This document shows, piece by piece, positions 28,986 to 36,993 of a stretch of 64,000 nucleotides of DNA. The notes under the pieces were generated by a model. The model ran no database searches. It saw nothing but the letters and a program-made list of their open reading frames with translations, and was not told where the DNA came from. The stretch is taken from IMG/VR virus record IMGVR_UViG_3300043399_000700, one strand, 5' to 3'. The translations under genes were made by a program, and so were the position numbers. The DNA is from a virus. Taxonomy: Duplodnaviria; Heunggongvirae; Uroviricota; Caudoviricetes. How positions within the stretch are numbered: the first letter of the stretch is position 1; each line of letters opens with the position of its first letter.

Positions 28986-29896
28986 TGAAGGTAGGGATTT
29001 TTTACAGCTCAATTAGTAATCCTGGAAAGTTTTCTAACAAAGTTATGTTAATGGATAACTTTGCCCGTGGAGTAAAAAAACACAACGACGAAGTAATAAA
29101 TTATAGCGACAACTCATTGCCTCAAAACAACTTAAATGTTGGATTTGTTTTAGGTTACACACTTGAAGATAATTTTCGTAAGAAGATCATTAATGCGTTA
29201 CGTGCATCCGAGACTCCACAAGTGTTTGTTGACAGTAATATTCTACACTATGCTCGTAAGGAACACGAGTGGCATCGTTACAGTTTAAATAGCGTATACC
29301 CCAACGATGGTGTTTATTTTTTTCGCGATTTAGACACAAACAAATGGGATCACTATAGTGCTTGGCATAACACTACAATGAAACCGTGGCGCAACGAAGG
29401 AAATCATATTGTGATATTTGCACAACGTCCTAAAGGATGGAACATGTTTGGTAATGACCAGGACAAATGGCTTAATCGTGCAATTGAAAAAATAATGACG
29501 ATCACAGATCGCCCTGTTGTTGTGCGTATGCACCCCGGCGATGGGGCTCGCCAAAAGCAAATAGATAAATTACAAAAAACGTTCGGCAATAAAATTTTAG
29601 TATCGGACAAAGATAATATTCGCGACGATCTTAAAAATTGCTGGGCAACAGTTGGATATAACTCAACACCCAATGTTGTTGCTGCTATCGAAGGTGTACC
29701 GTGTTATGTTGAAGATCCTGTCCACAGTTGGGCAGCAGATGTTGCATTTACAGATTTAAAAAAATTAGTAAATCCGCCTTTGGTGGACAGAGAATCTTGG
29801 ATTCATAAAATCGCAAACATCCATTGGTCCAACGAAGAAGTTAGGCGTGGCGATCTTTGGGAAGCAATCAAGTACTATATTTCTTCTTCTCGTTAA
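28985..29896 (+). CDS. Putative glycosyltransferase, paralog 1 (TDRP-VVR-HP motif family)
   Basis: Shares AQ...W...I..I..TDRP(V/I)VVR.HP, NS.P.V.AAIE and (E/Q)W..(I/T)....(V/T)...E(V/I)RRG blocks with the ORF at 30787. ATGA overlap with the upstream gene. Confidence 0.45.
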   Translation: MKVGIFYSSISNPGKFSNKVMLMDNFARGVKKHNDEVINYSDNSLPQNNLNVGFVLGYTLEDNFRKKIINALRASETPQVFVDSNILHYARKEHEWHRYSLNSVYPNDGVYFFRDLDTNKWDHYSAWHNTTMKPWRNEGNHIVIFAQRPKGWNMFGNDQDKWLNRAIEKIMTITDRPVVVRMHPGDGARQKQIDKLQKTFGNKILVSDKDNIRDDLKNCWATVGYNSTPNVVAAIEGVPCYVEDPVHSWAADVAFTDLKKLVNPPLVDRESWIHKIANIHWSNEEVRRGDLWEAIKYYISSSR

Positions 29897-30686
29897 GAAA
29901 CAATTCGTGATCTTTACGAGTACCTTTGGCTGTCCATATAAAGCTATCGGGTTTCATATTCCAGTCAATGAAGTTCTCTGAAAGTTGATGCCAGTTGTAT
30001 TTAGGTACTGATTGTTCTAATAAATCTTGATCTAATCCCCAGTATATGTAATTGGAAACAAACTTTGATCGCAAAGAATTTGCGTAAGTTTGTATAAACA
30101 TATTAGCAGCAGCACCGGGATTTAGGTATAGTCCCCCAGCCATAAAACGAGCACGTTTCCCTTCGACTCGGTGTATGTAAAAATCGCAATTGTTTTCTAA
30201 ATTATGCCATCGACGTCGAACTACCGCATCAACGTCGATAGCAAATGCACCTTGACTTTGGTACATTTCTGCTAGCCTAAAAAATCTAGCACAGGCAAAA
30301 TATGTTTTTTGCAATCTATGTAAAAGATTTTTGTCATTGCCTTTGCCCATTGCATTATGTGTACGTTCGTATTCTGACTTTGCTGGTTCTTTGGTAGGCA
30401 CTTCAATAAATCTATCTGCTGCACGATCAAACTGTTCAGCCGCAATTATTTCCCAACTAACTGACACATTCAATTTTTCGCATAGCTCTAATTGTTTAGA
30501 TAATGGATTGAAGATATGTATGTGTAACGGTAAGTCAGTATTGCGTTTGATACTGTTAATCAATGGCGGCGCAAATTCATCAAAGTAGTCTGAATCACAT
30601 GCGGTGTATATAAAAAACTCTTCTGGAGGTTTATTTCCTTGCACTTCGGATATAATCATGGTTAAATATTTAGTGATTAAAAGCAT
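29868..30686 (-). CDS. Putative GT-A-like glycosyltransferase (antisense within the cluster)
   Basis: 272 aa. FIYTACDSDYFDEF resembles an acidic-rich nucleotide-sugar binding (DxD-like) segment. The only minus-strand gene in this block. Confidence 0.35.
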   Translation of the reverse strand: MLLITKYLTMIISEVQGNKPPEEFFIYTACDSDYFDEFAPPLINSIKRNTDLPLHIHIFNPLSKQLELCEKLNVSVSWEIIAAEQFDRAADRFIEVPTKEPAKSEYERTHNAMGKGNDKNLLHRLQKTYFACARFFRLAEMYQSQGAFAIDVDAVVRRRWHNLENNCDFYIHRVEGKRARFMAGGLYLNPGAAANMFIQTYANSLRSKFVSNYIYWGLDQDLLEQSVPKYNWHQLSENFIDWNMKPDSFIWTAKGTRKDHELFLNEKKKYST

Positions 30687-30786
30687 AGCATACTTTCCTT
30701 CTTCTTGCGCAAGAAACTCTACAGAGCCATTGGATTCCTTTTTAGACAGTTGTCGGGGATTTGGTATTCAAACCCAAGAAAATTCA

Positions 30787-31530
30787 ATGGACGCAGACGC
30801 AGCAGTTATTTGGTCTGTGTTATGGCACGGCAGATTAAAGCCTAACCAAGCAGTTTACGAACATTACCGTAGCCAAAATAAGCCTGTAGTTGTTATGGAC
30901 GTTGGTGCACTATATCGTGGGCGAACCTGGAAGATTGCAGTTAATAATATAAATGCATTAGGCTATTATGGTCACCAAACAAATTTAGATTACGACCGCC
31001 CTCGTAAATTAAGACTGTCGATGGCTACACAAATTGGTCGCGGTAGCTCTATACTTGTTGCTGCTCAACATAGAAACAGTTTACAAACTCAATGTTTAAC
31101 CAGCATTGAGGATTGGATCACACAAAACATAAATGAAATTAAAAAATACACCGACCGCCCTATTGTAGTAAGGCCGCACCCTCGATCGCCTTTAAATTCA
31201 AACTTTGTTCCAAAGTTTGCTTTTATCGAAAAGCCGGAACAAATACGTGGTACTTACGATAATTTTGACTTGCGCTTTGACTATCATGCTGTAATAAATT
31301 ACAACAGCGGACCTGGCGTACAAGCAGCCATTGAAGATTGTCCTACTATAGTTGATAATTCGAGCTTGGCATATCCGGTAAGCATTAAAATGAATCAGAT
31401 TGAAAATCCGCCCAAAGTGGATAGAGAGCAGTGGTTTGTAGAAATAACACATACTGAATACACAGTTGACGAGATACGCAGAGGATCATGGATAAACAGA
31501 TTAGAACCAGCATTGACTGTGCCTGCGTAA
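30787..31530 (+). CDS. Putative glycosyltransferase, paralog 2 (TDRP-VVR-HP motif family)
   Basis: Paralog of the ORF at 28985. The track start at 30604 overlaps the antisense gene; ATG 30787 (MDADAAV) is preferred. Confidence 0.45.
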   Translation: MDADAAVIWSVLWHGRLKPNQAVYEHYRSQNKPVVVMDVGALYRGRTWKIAVNNINALGYYGHQTNLDYDRPRKLRLSMATQIGRGSSILVAAQHRNSLQTQCLTSIEDWITQNINEIKKYTDRPIVVRPHPRSPLNSNFVPKFAFIEKPEQIRGTYDNFDLRFDYHAVINYNSGPGVQAAIEDCPTIVDNSSLAYPVSIKMNQIENPPKVDREQWFVEITHTEYTVDEIRRGSWINRLEPALTVPA

Positions 31531-32213
31531 TACACGACACTTTATATTCTTGGGAGTATGTTGAAAAATTGCATCGTGGTTTGCAACGTAATTTAAGCAT
31601 ACCTGTGCGATTGCATGTTTACACCGAAGAACAACGGAGCGTTCCTGATTCAATGACAAAGCATGTACTCGACGAATGGTCTGGCATTCGAGGTCCTAAA
31701 CGTAGTTGGTGGTACAAACTACAACTTTTTAACACTGGTAAATTTGCAGGCGATTTGCTTTATTTTGATTTAGACACAGTGATCACAGGAAACATTGACT
31801 GGATCTGGCAATTGCCTACAGAGCATTTTTGGGCACTAAAAGATTTTCAATACTTGTATAGAAAAAATCTTACTAAGATTAACTCGAGCGTGATGTGGTT
31901 CAATAATACACGCTGGCAAAACATATACAATAACATTAATCTAGACAAACTTAAAACAGCTAGTAAGCACTACGGTGATCAAGACTACATTTTTGAAAAT
32001 GTGCCTTTGCATAATATACGTTACCTAGCTCAGCATCGTGTTAATAGTTGGCGATGGCAAGCGCACGACGGCGGCTGGGATTTTGCTGGTAAAAAGCCCG
32101 TTGCACCTGGGTTGGGAACAAAACTTGATCCTGACGTAAGCATATTAGTATTCCATGGTAGCCCAAAACCACATGAAATTCACGATAAATTAGTGAACAA
32201 ACACTGGCTCTAG
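31488..32213 (+). CDS. GT8-like (DxD) nucleotide-diphospho-sugar glycosyltransferase
   Basis: WWYKLQLFN...GDLLYFDLDTVITGNIDWIWQ resembles the GT8 'K..L.......D..LYLD.D.iv' block. GAGGA ribosome-binding site before the ATG at 31488. Confidence 0.5.
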   Translation: MDKQIRTSIDCACVIHDTLYSWEYVEKLHRGLQRNLSIPVRLHVYTEEQRSVPDSMTKHVLDEWSGIRGPKRSWWYKLQLFNTGKFAGDLLYFDLDTVITGNIDWIWQLPTEHFWALKDFQYLYRKNLTKINSSVMWFNNTRWQNIYNNINLDKLKTASKHYGDQDYIFENVPLHNIRYLAQHRVNSWRWQAHDGGWDFAGKKPVAPGLGTKLDPDVSILVFHGSPKPHEIHDKLVNKHWL

Positions 32214-32221
32214 TATAAATA
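32214..32221 (+). promoter_or_regulatory. T4-late-promoter-like TATAAATA box
   Basis: Exact TATAAATA octamer in the gap upstream of the structural-like ORF at 32336, but 115 nt from the ATG. Confidence 0.25.
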
Positions 32222-32335
32222 TCTATAGAAGATTGTGGTCGCAGTTACAATCAATTAAATCTAATTCCGGGTTGTGCTACATTTTTTGATGGCTTGCCTT
32301 ATACTGTGAATTTAATATTTTGAGGAAAAAATATC

Positions 32336-32830
32336 ATGGCAAAAATGACAAGAAAATTGCAATTTACAGGTAGTGTAATGAGCTCACCTGCTGCTGCAAC
32401 AGTTTTGTTAAATGGTGTTGAACTTTATAGCGGTCAAATTGGCGTAGGACAACCTATTGATGTCCCTGGCGTAGAACTATTTGTCCTAGAATATCAAGGT
32501 GAAGAGACCGTTGAAGAGACCGTTGCTGTAACTATTTCGATTACTTCTGGCGTGGCTAAAATTGCCACCACACAAACAGAAGTTCAAGGAGAAGGCGGTA
32601 CCGGTGTTGAGTGGGCACTACCTTGGGGCAACGGCAACGACGGCCGTACACAAATCCTAATCAATGGCTTGCCTCCAGAGTGGCCTCCAACACCTGTTAC
32701 TCCAATGCCCGGCGGCACACCAGAAAATCCAGACTGGTCGGGTTGGGCATTTGATGTTTCGGCAGGCGAAACTATAACTTTTGAATATTTGGTTTTACCA
32801 TATATGAGAGTTCCTACTGTTACAGAATAA
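32336..32830 (+). CDS. Hypothetical (probably virion) protein
   Basis: 164-aa ORF followed by a strong terminator. Confidence 0.5.
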   Translation: MAKMTRKLQFTGSVMSSPAAATVLLNGVELYSGQIGVGQPIDVPGVELFVLEYQGEETVEETVAVTISITSGVAKIATTQTEVQGEGGTGVEWALPWGNGNDGRTQILINGLPPEWPPTPVTPMPGGTPENPDWSGWAFDVSAGETITFEYLVLPYMRVPTVTE

Positions 32831-32837
32831 TAGTAAC

Positions 32838-32867
32838 AAAACCCCGCCCAAAGCGGGGTTTTTTATT
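32838..32867 (+). terminator. Rho-independent terminator (CCCCGC-CCAAA-GCGGGG then TTTTTTATT)
   Basis: Perfect 6-bp GC stem and T-run. It directly abuts the next promoter and shares the GGTTTTTTATTGG tail with the terminator at 52098. Confidence 0.8.
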
Positions 32868-32869
32868 GG

Positions 32870-32898
32870 TTGACCAATAATTACCATTTTGCTATAAT
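32870..32898 (+). promoter_or_regulatory. Early promoter copy 1: TTGACC, 17-nt spacer, TTTGCTATAAT
   Basis: TTGACC 32870-32875 and TATAAT 32893-32898 with extended -10 TG. Confidence 0.8.
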
Positions 32899-32930
32899 TT
32901 GGTTATAGTAAGTACACAGGAGTTGGCAAA

Positions 32931-33086
32931 ATGAGCAACGGTGAAATATTAGATAAGATTGATTCTACAATCGACGAATTAGATCGTTTAATTAATCAAT
33001 TAACTATTCCAAATAAAAAAGATTTAACTCAGCAATTATATGATTTCTTTGCTGTTGTTGAACAACGTGTAGAAGAAAACTTTTAA
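32931..33086 (+). CDS. Tiny early ORF (51 aa, acidic/helical)
   Basis: AGGAG 9 nt before the ATG. MSNGEILDKIDSTIDELDRLINQL... Not in the ORF track (under 60 aa). Confidence 0.45.
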   Translation: MSNGEILDKIDSTIDELDRLINQLTIPNKKDLTQQLYDFFAVVEQRVEENF

Positions 33087-33087
33087 T

Positions 33088-33198
33088 ATGAATACAATAT
33101 ATTGGATATTATCGGGTCTTAGTATATTGTGTATTATAGGGTTAATTGCCGAATCTATTGCTATAATACGTGAGCACAACAAGACCAAACAAGGTTGA
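33088..33198 (+). CDS. Tiny early membrane ORF (36 aa, single transmembrane segment)
   Basis: MNTIYWILSGLSILCIIGLIAESIAIIREHNKTKQG. Its TGA stop overlaps the next -35 box (GGTTGACCAG). Confidence 0.4.
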   Translation: MNTIYWILSGLSILCIIGLIAESIAIIREHNKTKQG

Positions 33199-33223
33199 CC
33201 AGAAATAGCCATTTTGCTATAAT
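33195..33223 (+). promoter_or_regulatory. Early promoter copy 2: TTGACC, 17-nt spacer, TTTGCTATAAT
   Basis: TTGACC 33195-33200 and TATAAT 33218-33223. Confidence 0.8.
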
Positions 33224-33253
33224 ATGGGTATAGTGAATAACAAGGAGTTGGGA

Positions 33254-33418
33254 ATGAATCAAAGAAATTTAAATCAAGCAATGGATTTGCTTTGGGATCT
33301 TTGGCACGAACTACCCAACGATCACCCTGACTTCGACGAGCTAGATTCTTCATTTGAAGCAGCCTGGAATAACCTACAGCATGTCAACAATACTTTGGAT
33401 TGGAATGGCAACGGTTGA
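33254..33418 (+). CDS. Small early acidic protein (54 aa)
   Basis: AGGAG before the ATG at 33254. MNQRNLNQAMDLLWDLWHELPNDHPDFDELDSSFEAAWNNLQHVNNTLDWNGNG. Its stop again sits in GGTTGACCAG. Confidence 0.5.
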   Translation: MNQRNLNQAMDLLWDLWHELPNDHPDFDELDSSFEAAWNNLQHVNNTLDWNGNG

Positions 33419-33443
33419 CCAGTAATTCTGACTTTGCTATAAT
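33415..33443 (+). promoter_or_regulatory. Early promoter copy 3: TTGACC, 17-nt spacer, CTTTGCTATAAT
   Basis: TTGACC 33415-33420 and TATAAT 33438-33443. Confidence 0.8.
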
Positions 33444-33477
33444 ACTACTATCATAACAAAACAAGGACGGGCTAGAC

Positions 33478-34491
33478 ATGAGTACTGTTAAGATCCTTAA
33501 GGGCACTTATCGTAATCAACCAGTGAACGATGTAACGTTTACATTGGTCAAAGGGTTCCAAACTGGCGCCAAAGGCGGCTATGTTACAGTTGACTCTAAT
33601 GGCTATTTTGGCCCAGAGTTTACTAATGTACGCATCCGTGTTGATGACATCAACGATGTAGAATTTACTACAGAAAGCGTACCTGCTCAAAATTTTGTAG
33701 CACCTGTGGCACACCACGAAACCGACGAAGAAGTTATTGAACGCATTGGTCGTCGTTTTTCAATCCTTGACGACATGACTCGTGCTGCTATTGCTGGCGA
33801 CATTCGTGCAATGATTGTTGTAGGCCCTCCGGGCGTAGGCAAGTCATATGGTGTAGAAGCACAATTGGACCGCGCCGGCTTGTTTGACAACATCAGCGCC
33901 AAGCGTCCGCGCTACGAAGTTATCAAAGGCGCAATGACCCCAATTGGTCTATATGCAACCTTGTACAAGTATTCGGATCCACGCAACGTCTTAGTCTTTG
34001 ATGACTGTGACAGCATTTTGCTTGACGACATTGCCCTTAACATTCTCAAGGCTGCACTAGACTCGGGCAAGAAGCGTAAGATTCACTGGAATTCGGACAG
34101 TTCATTGCTGCGCCGCGAAGGTGTGCCTAACTACTTTGAGTTCAAGGGTTCGGTGATCTTTATTACCAACCTTAAGTTTGACAACCTTAAGTCTAAAAAA
34201 CTGCAAGATCACTTGGATGCGCTGCAAAGCCGTTGTCACTTCTTGGACCTTACACTCAACACCATGCGCGACAAGTTCTTGCGTATCAAGCAAATCCACT
34301 TGCAAGGCGAACTGTTCCGTGATTATAACTTCGAGAAAAACGAACCCGAAGAGATCATGGATTTTATGTACGTTAACCGCGAACGCCTGCGTGAAATGAG
34401 CCTGCGTATGGCACTTAAGATTGCTGACCTTATCAAAGTGTCAGACAATTGGAAGATGCTTGCTGAAAACACTTGCATGAAGGCTGCCTAA
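33478..34491 (+). CDS. AAA+ ATPase (early gene) with a roughly 100-aa N-terminal domain
   Basis: Walker A GPPGVGKS, Walker B VLVFDDCD, sensor-1 FITN, and SR arginine-finger candidates. Confidence 0.7.
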   Translation: MSTVKILKGTYRNQPVNDVTFTLVKGFQTGAKGGYVTVDSNGYFGPEFTNVRIRVDDINDVEFTTESVPAQNFVAPVAHHETDEEVIERIGRRFSILDDMTRAAIAGDIRAMIVVGPPGVGKSYGVEAQLDRAGLFDNISAKRPRYEVIKGAMTPIGLYATLYKYSDPRNVLVFDDCDSILLDDIALNILKAALDSGKKRKIHWNSDSSLLRREGVPNYFEFKGSVIFITNLKFDNLKSKKLQDHLDALQSRCHFLDLTLNTMRDKFLRIKQIHLQGELFRDYNFEKNEPEEIMDFMYVNRERLREMSLRMALKIADLIKVSDNWKMLAENTCMKAA

Positions 34492-34492
34492 C

Positions 34493-34846
34493 ATGGCTGG
34501 TTACGCATTAATTCGCCGAATCAAACACCTAGAAGAACAGTTGGATAAACTGGGTATGCGCTGGGGTGCTAACAAATACGGTATGACAGGCTATGACAAT
34601 GGCGACACACTAACAGTTATTCCCAAGGAAGGTTGCTTGCCGCATTTCGCTCGCGATGCTGAACTGTTTACAGGCACCATTGAGGGCTTGCAACTTTGGC
34701 TACAAGGTATTGATTGGGCCCGGCGTTACGACATTATTCTGGGTTTGCAAACAGAACAACGCCGCGCCCGTGCCGAGCAAAACGAGCACAACAAGCAACT
34801 AATGAAACATCTTAAGGATGAAAAAATAGAGGTAATCAATGATTAG
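34493..34846 (+). CDS. Hypothetical protein
   Basis: 117-aa ORF with a TAATG overlap. Confidence 0.45.
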   Translation: MAGYALIRRIKHLEEQLDKLGMRWGANKYGMTGYDNGDTLTVIPKEGCLPHFARDAELFTGTIEGLQLWLQGIDWARRYDIILGLQTEQRRARAEQNEHNKQLMKHLKDEKIEVIND

Positions 34847-35015
34847 AATTATTCTAGCATTCTTGTTTGTATTTGGTTTGTTTTACTTTGGTATTGATGC
34901 GTTCCGTCATTTGACTGGACGTGAAAAGTGGGATCTAACCAAACTAATCGGTTATAGTTTAATCTGTGCTGTGCTAACTGTAGTTGCCCTTGCTGTTTTT
35001 GTTTACGCATTTTAA
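34839..35015 (+). CDS. Small two-transmembrane-segment protein (58 aa)
   Basis: MIRIILAFLFVFGLFYFGIDAF...LICAVLTVVALAVFVYAF. Not in the ORF track. Confidence 0.4.
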   Translation: MIRIILAFLFVFGLFYFGIDAFRHLTGREKWDLTKLIGYSLICAVLTVVALAVFVYAF

Positions 35016-35024
35016 AGGAAAATC

Positions 35025-35828
35025 ATGAAAAAGAATATCGCTCTTACCCTTGTTGCCGCTGCTGTACTGGCCACAGGCTGTACTCGTATTGAAACTGGTA
35101 CTGTTGGCCTGCGTGTTGATATGAGCAAGCAGGTTCAGCAACAAGAACTTCAAGCAGGTACTTGGAATCAAACTATTGTTGGTGATGTGCTAGTATTCCC
35201 AGTACGCAGCATTCAAGTCGCTTGGAACAACTTGACTCCGCAGACTGCTGATAACTCTACGCTCAAAGACTTTGACGTAGCAATGGTCTATGACATCAAT
35301 CCAACCTCTGTATCGGATATTTGGACTAACCAAAGCCGTAGTTTCCATACTTACGATACCAAGCACAGCGATTGGTACTTGATGCACAACTATATGAGCC
35401 AACTGCTCAACTCAGCAACTGTCAAGGCTGTGCGTAAGTACAATGCTCTAAGCGTAGCAGACAACCGTGGCAACATCGAAGTCGATGTCAAGTCGTTTGT
35501 TGACCAAATGCTTAAAGAAGAAAACTTGGACAAGGCTATTACTGTAAGCCAAGTTCGTGTTGCTAACGCCACACCAGCAGATGATATTGTTGCTGCTGCT
35601 AATGCTGCTGTTCGTGCACAAAGCGATCTAAAGACCAAACAAGTCGAAGTTGAAATCGCCAAGCAAGAAGCACAGCGTATCCAAACGCTAAACGCAAACT
35701 CGCAGGCTATTCCGTATATGCAAGCAATGGCTAATATGGAAATTGCCAAAGCAGTTCGCGAAGGCAAGGTCACTACTATTGTCATTCCAGCAGACTTCAA
35801 GGGTATGCTTAACGTAGGCAAACAGTAA
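35025..35828 (+). CDS. Lipoprotein, possibly SPFH/band-7-like
   Basis: Signal peptide plus lipobox LATGC. The Ala/Gln-rich helical C-terminal region (QVEVEIAKQEAQRIQTLNAN) is reminiscent of SPFH proteins. Confidence 0.4.
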   Translation: MKKNIALTLVAAAVLATGCTRIETGTVGLRVDMSKQVQQQELQAGTWNQTIVGDVLVFPVRSIQVAWNNLTPQTADNSTLKDFDVAMVYDINPTSVSDIWTNQSRSFHTYDTKHSDWYLMHNYMSQLLNSATVKAVRKYNALSVADNRGNIEVDVKSFVDQMLKEENLDKAITVSQVRVANATPADDIVAAANAAVRAQSDLKTKQVEVEIAKQEAQRIQTLNANSQAIPYMQAMANMEIAKAVREGKVTTIVIPADFKGMLNVGKQ

Positions 35829-36094
35829 TGAACGAACGAATCCAAGAACTACACCAGCAAGCAAAAGACTTTATTAACGAAGTATCTGACCGTGACGGCG
35901 TATATCAGGGTAAAGAGTATATGCAGGCAGTTAGAGAAAAGTTTGCCGAGTTGATTGTTCGTGAATGTATTGCAGAGCTGGAAACAAGCAAACGCTGTGA
36001 TCCTTATACAGGCGATTTGTTTACGTGCGAATACAATGATTGCCTCGATGATCAAATTGCAATGTTAAAAGAAGAATTTGGAGTTACACGATGA
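35828..36094 (+). CDS. MNERI(K/Q)E-family small protein, tandem paralog 1
   Basis: MNERIQELHQQAKDF...KFAELIVRECIAELE...EEFGVTR. Confidence 0.5.
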   Translation: MNERIQELHQQAKDFINEVSDRDGVYQGKEYMQAVREKFAELIVRECIAELETSKRCDPYTGDLFTCEYNDCLDDQIAMLKEEFGVTR

Positions 36095-36303
36095 ACGAAC
36101 GAATTAAAGAACTATCAATGCAAGCACACCGATATGCTAACTACCAACAATTAGACCCTACACAGTTTGTGTTGGATATTTTCGAGGAAAAGTTTGTTGA
36201 GTTGCTTGTTCAGGAGTGTGTTGAAACGCTAGGAACATATGAAAATACATGGACTCACGAAGAAAAAATGAATCTATTGAAGAAACATTTCGGAGTTGAA
36301 TGA
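36091..36303 (+). CDS. MNERIKE-family small protein, tandem paralog 2
   Basis: MNERIKELSMQAHRY...KFVELLVQECVETL...HFGVE. Confidence 0.5.
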   Translation: MNERIKELSMQAHRYANYQQLDPTQFVLDIFEEKFVELLVQECVETLGTYENTWTHEEKMNLLKKHFGVE

Positions 36304-36545
36304 TGAACGAACGAATTAAAGAAATCGCCAAACAGGCTAGACTAATCTATCTGTATGACTATGATGCAGATGGACATGCAATGGTTTGCAGTGAGAAAGA
36401 TATCAAAAAGTTCGCCGAGTTGATTGTTCGGGAATGTGCTGACTTTGTAAGTAGCAAAGCAGGTCTTCAAAGTGGTTTAGGTATCAAGACCATGCTCAAA
36501 GTTACAGGCGAACAGCTAAAAGAACACTTCGGAGTTGAAGAATGA
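36300..36545 (+). CDS. MNERIKE-family small protein, tandem paralog 3
   Basis: MMNERIKEIAKQARL...KFAELIVRECADFV...HFGVEE. Confidence 0.5.
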   Translation: MMNERIKEIAKQARLIYLYDYDADGHAMVCSEKDIKKFAELIVRECADFVSSKAGLQSGLGIKTMLKVTGEQLKEHFGVEE

Positions 36546-36811
36546 AACAGCGTGGATTTACCTTAATCGAAGCAGTAGTCATTATATGCATTATAATGAT
36601 CCTGGCTGCGGTTGCTGTGCCTGTGTTCACAGGTAAAATGAGTACTGCTGGTATCACATATGGTGTTAATGGTGTAACCGAAAGCCGCTGCATTGAAGGC
36701 TACAAGTTTGTTATCGGATCAGATGGTAATGCTCGTCAGATTCTAAATGAACTGGGCAAAGGTGTGCGCTGTGATACTGTTATTAACGAACCCTCAATGA
36801 GTAGACCATAA
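36542..36811 (+). CDS. Type IV prepilin/pseudopilin-like protein
   Basis: MKQRG|FTLIEAVVIICIIMILAAVAVPVF is a class-III prepilin leader with the G/F cleavage site, Glu+5 and a hydrophobic alpha1 helix. A C-terminal Cys pair (RCIEG...GVRC) fits the pilin D-region. Confidence 0.65.
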   Translation: MKQRGFTLIEAVVIICIIMILAAVAVPVFTGKMSTAGITYGVNGVTESRCIEGYKFVIGSDGNARQILNELGKGVRCDTVINEPSMSRP

Positions 36812-36993
36812 TGAAACAATTAATCGAAGTAGTACTAGTAATGATTTATAATCTTGCAATTCTAGCAGGCGCAAGTTATCTGTATGTAATGCACGATGTT
36901 AGTGGCTGGATCTTTTTACTGCCATTGATTTTTGCTGCTAGTTGGAACACTAACAAGAAGGACGAAAACGATGACACAGGATCCACTTATTGA
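36811..36993 (+). CDS. Small two-transmembrane-segment protein
   Basis: MKQLIEVVLVMIYNLAILAGASYLYV...WIFLLPLIFAASW. Confidence 0.4.
   Translation: MKQLIEVVLVMIYNLAILAGASYLYVMHDVSGWIFLLPLIFAASWNTNKKDENDDTGSTY

Noticed and set aside
30604-30786. Track start at 30604 for the second TDRP-VVR-HP paralog
   Set aside because: It overlaps 83 nt of the antisense gene at 29868-30686 and has no ribosome-binding site. The paralog alignment starts downstream, and ATG 30787 is used.
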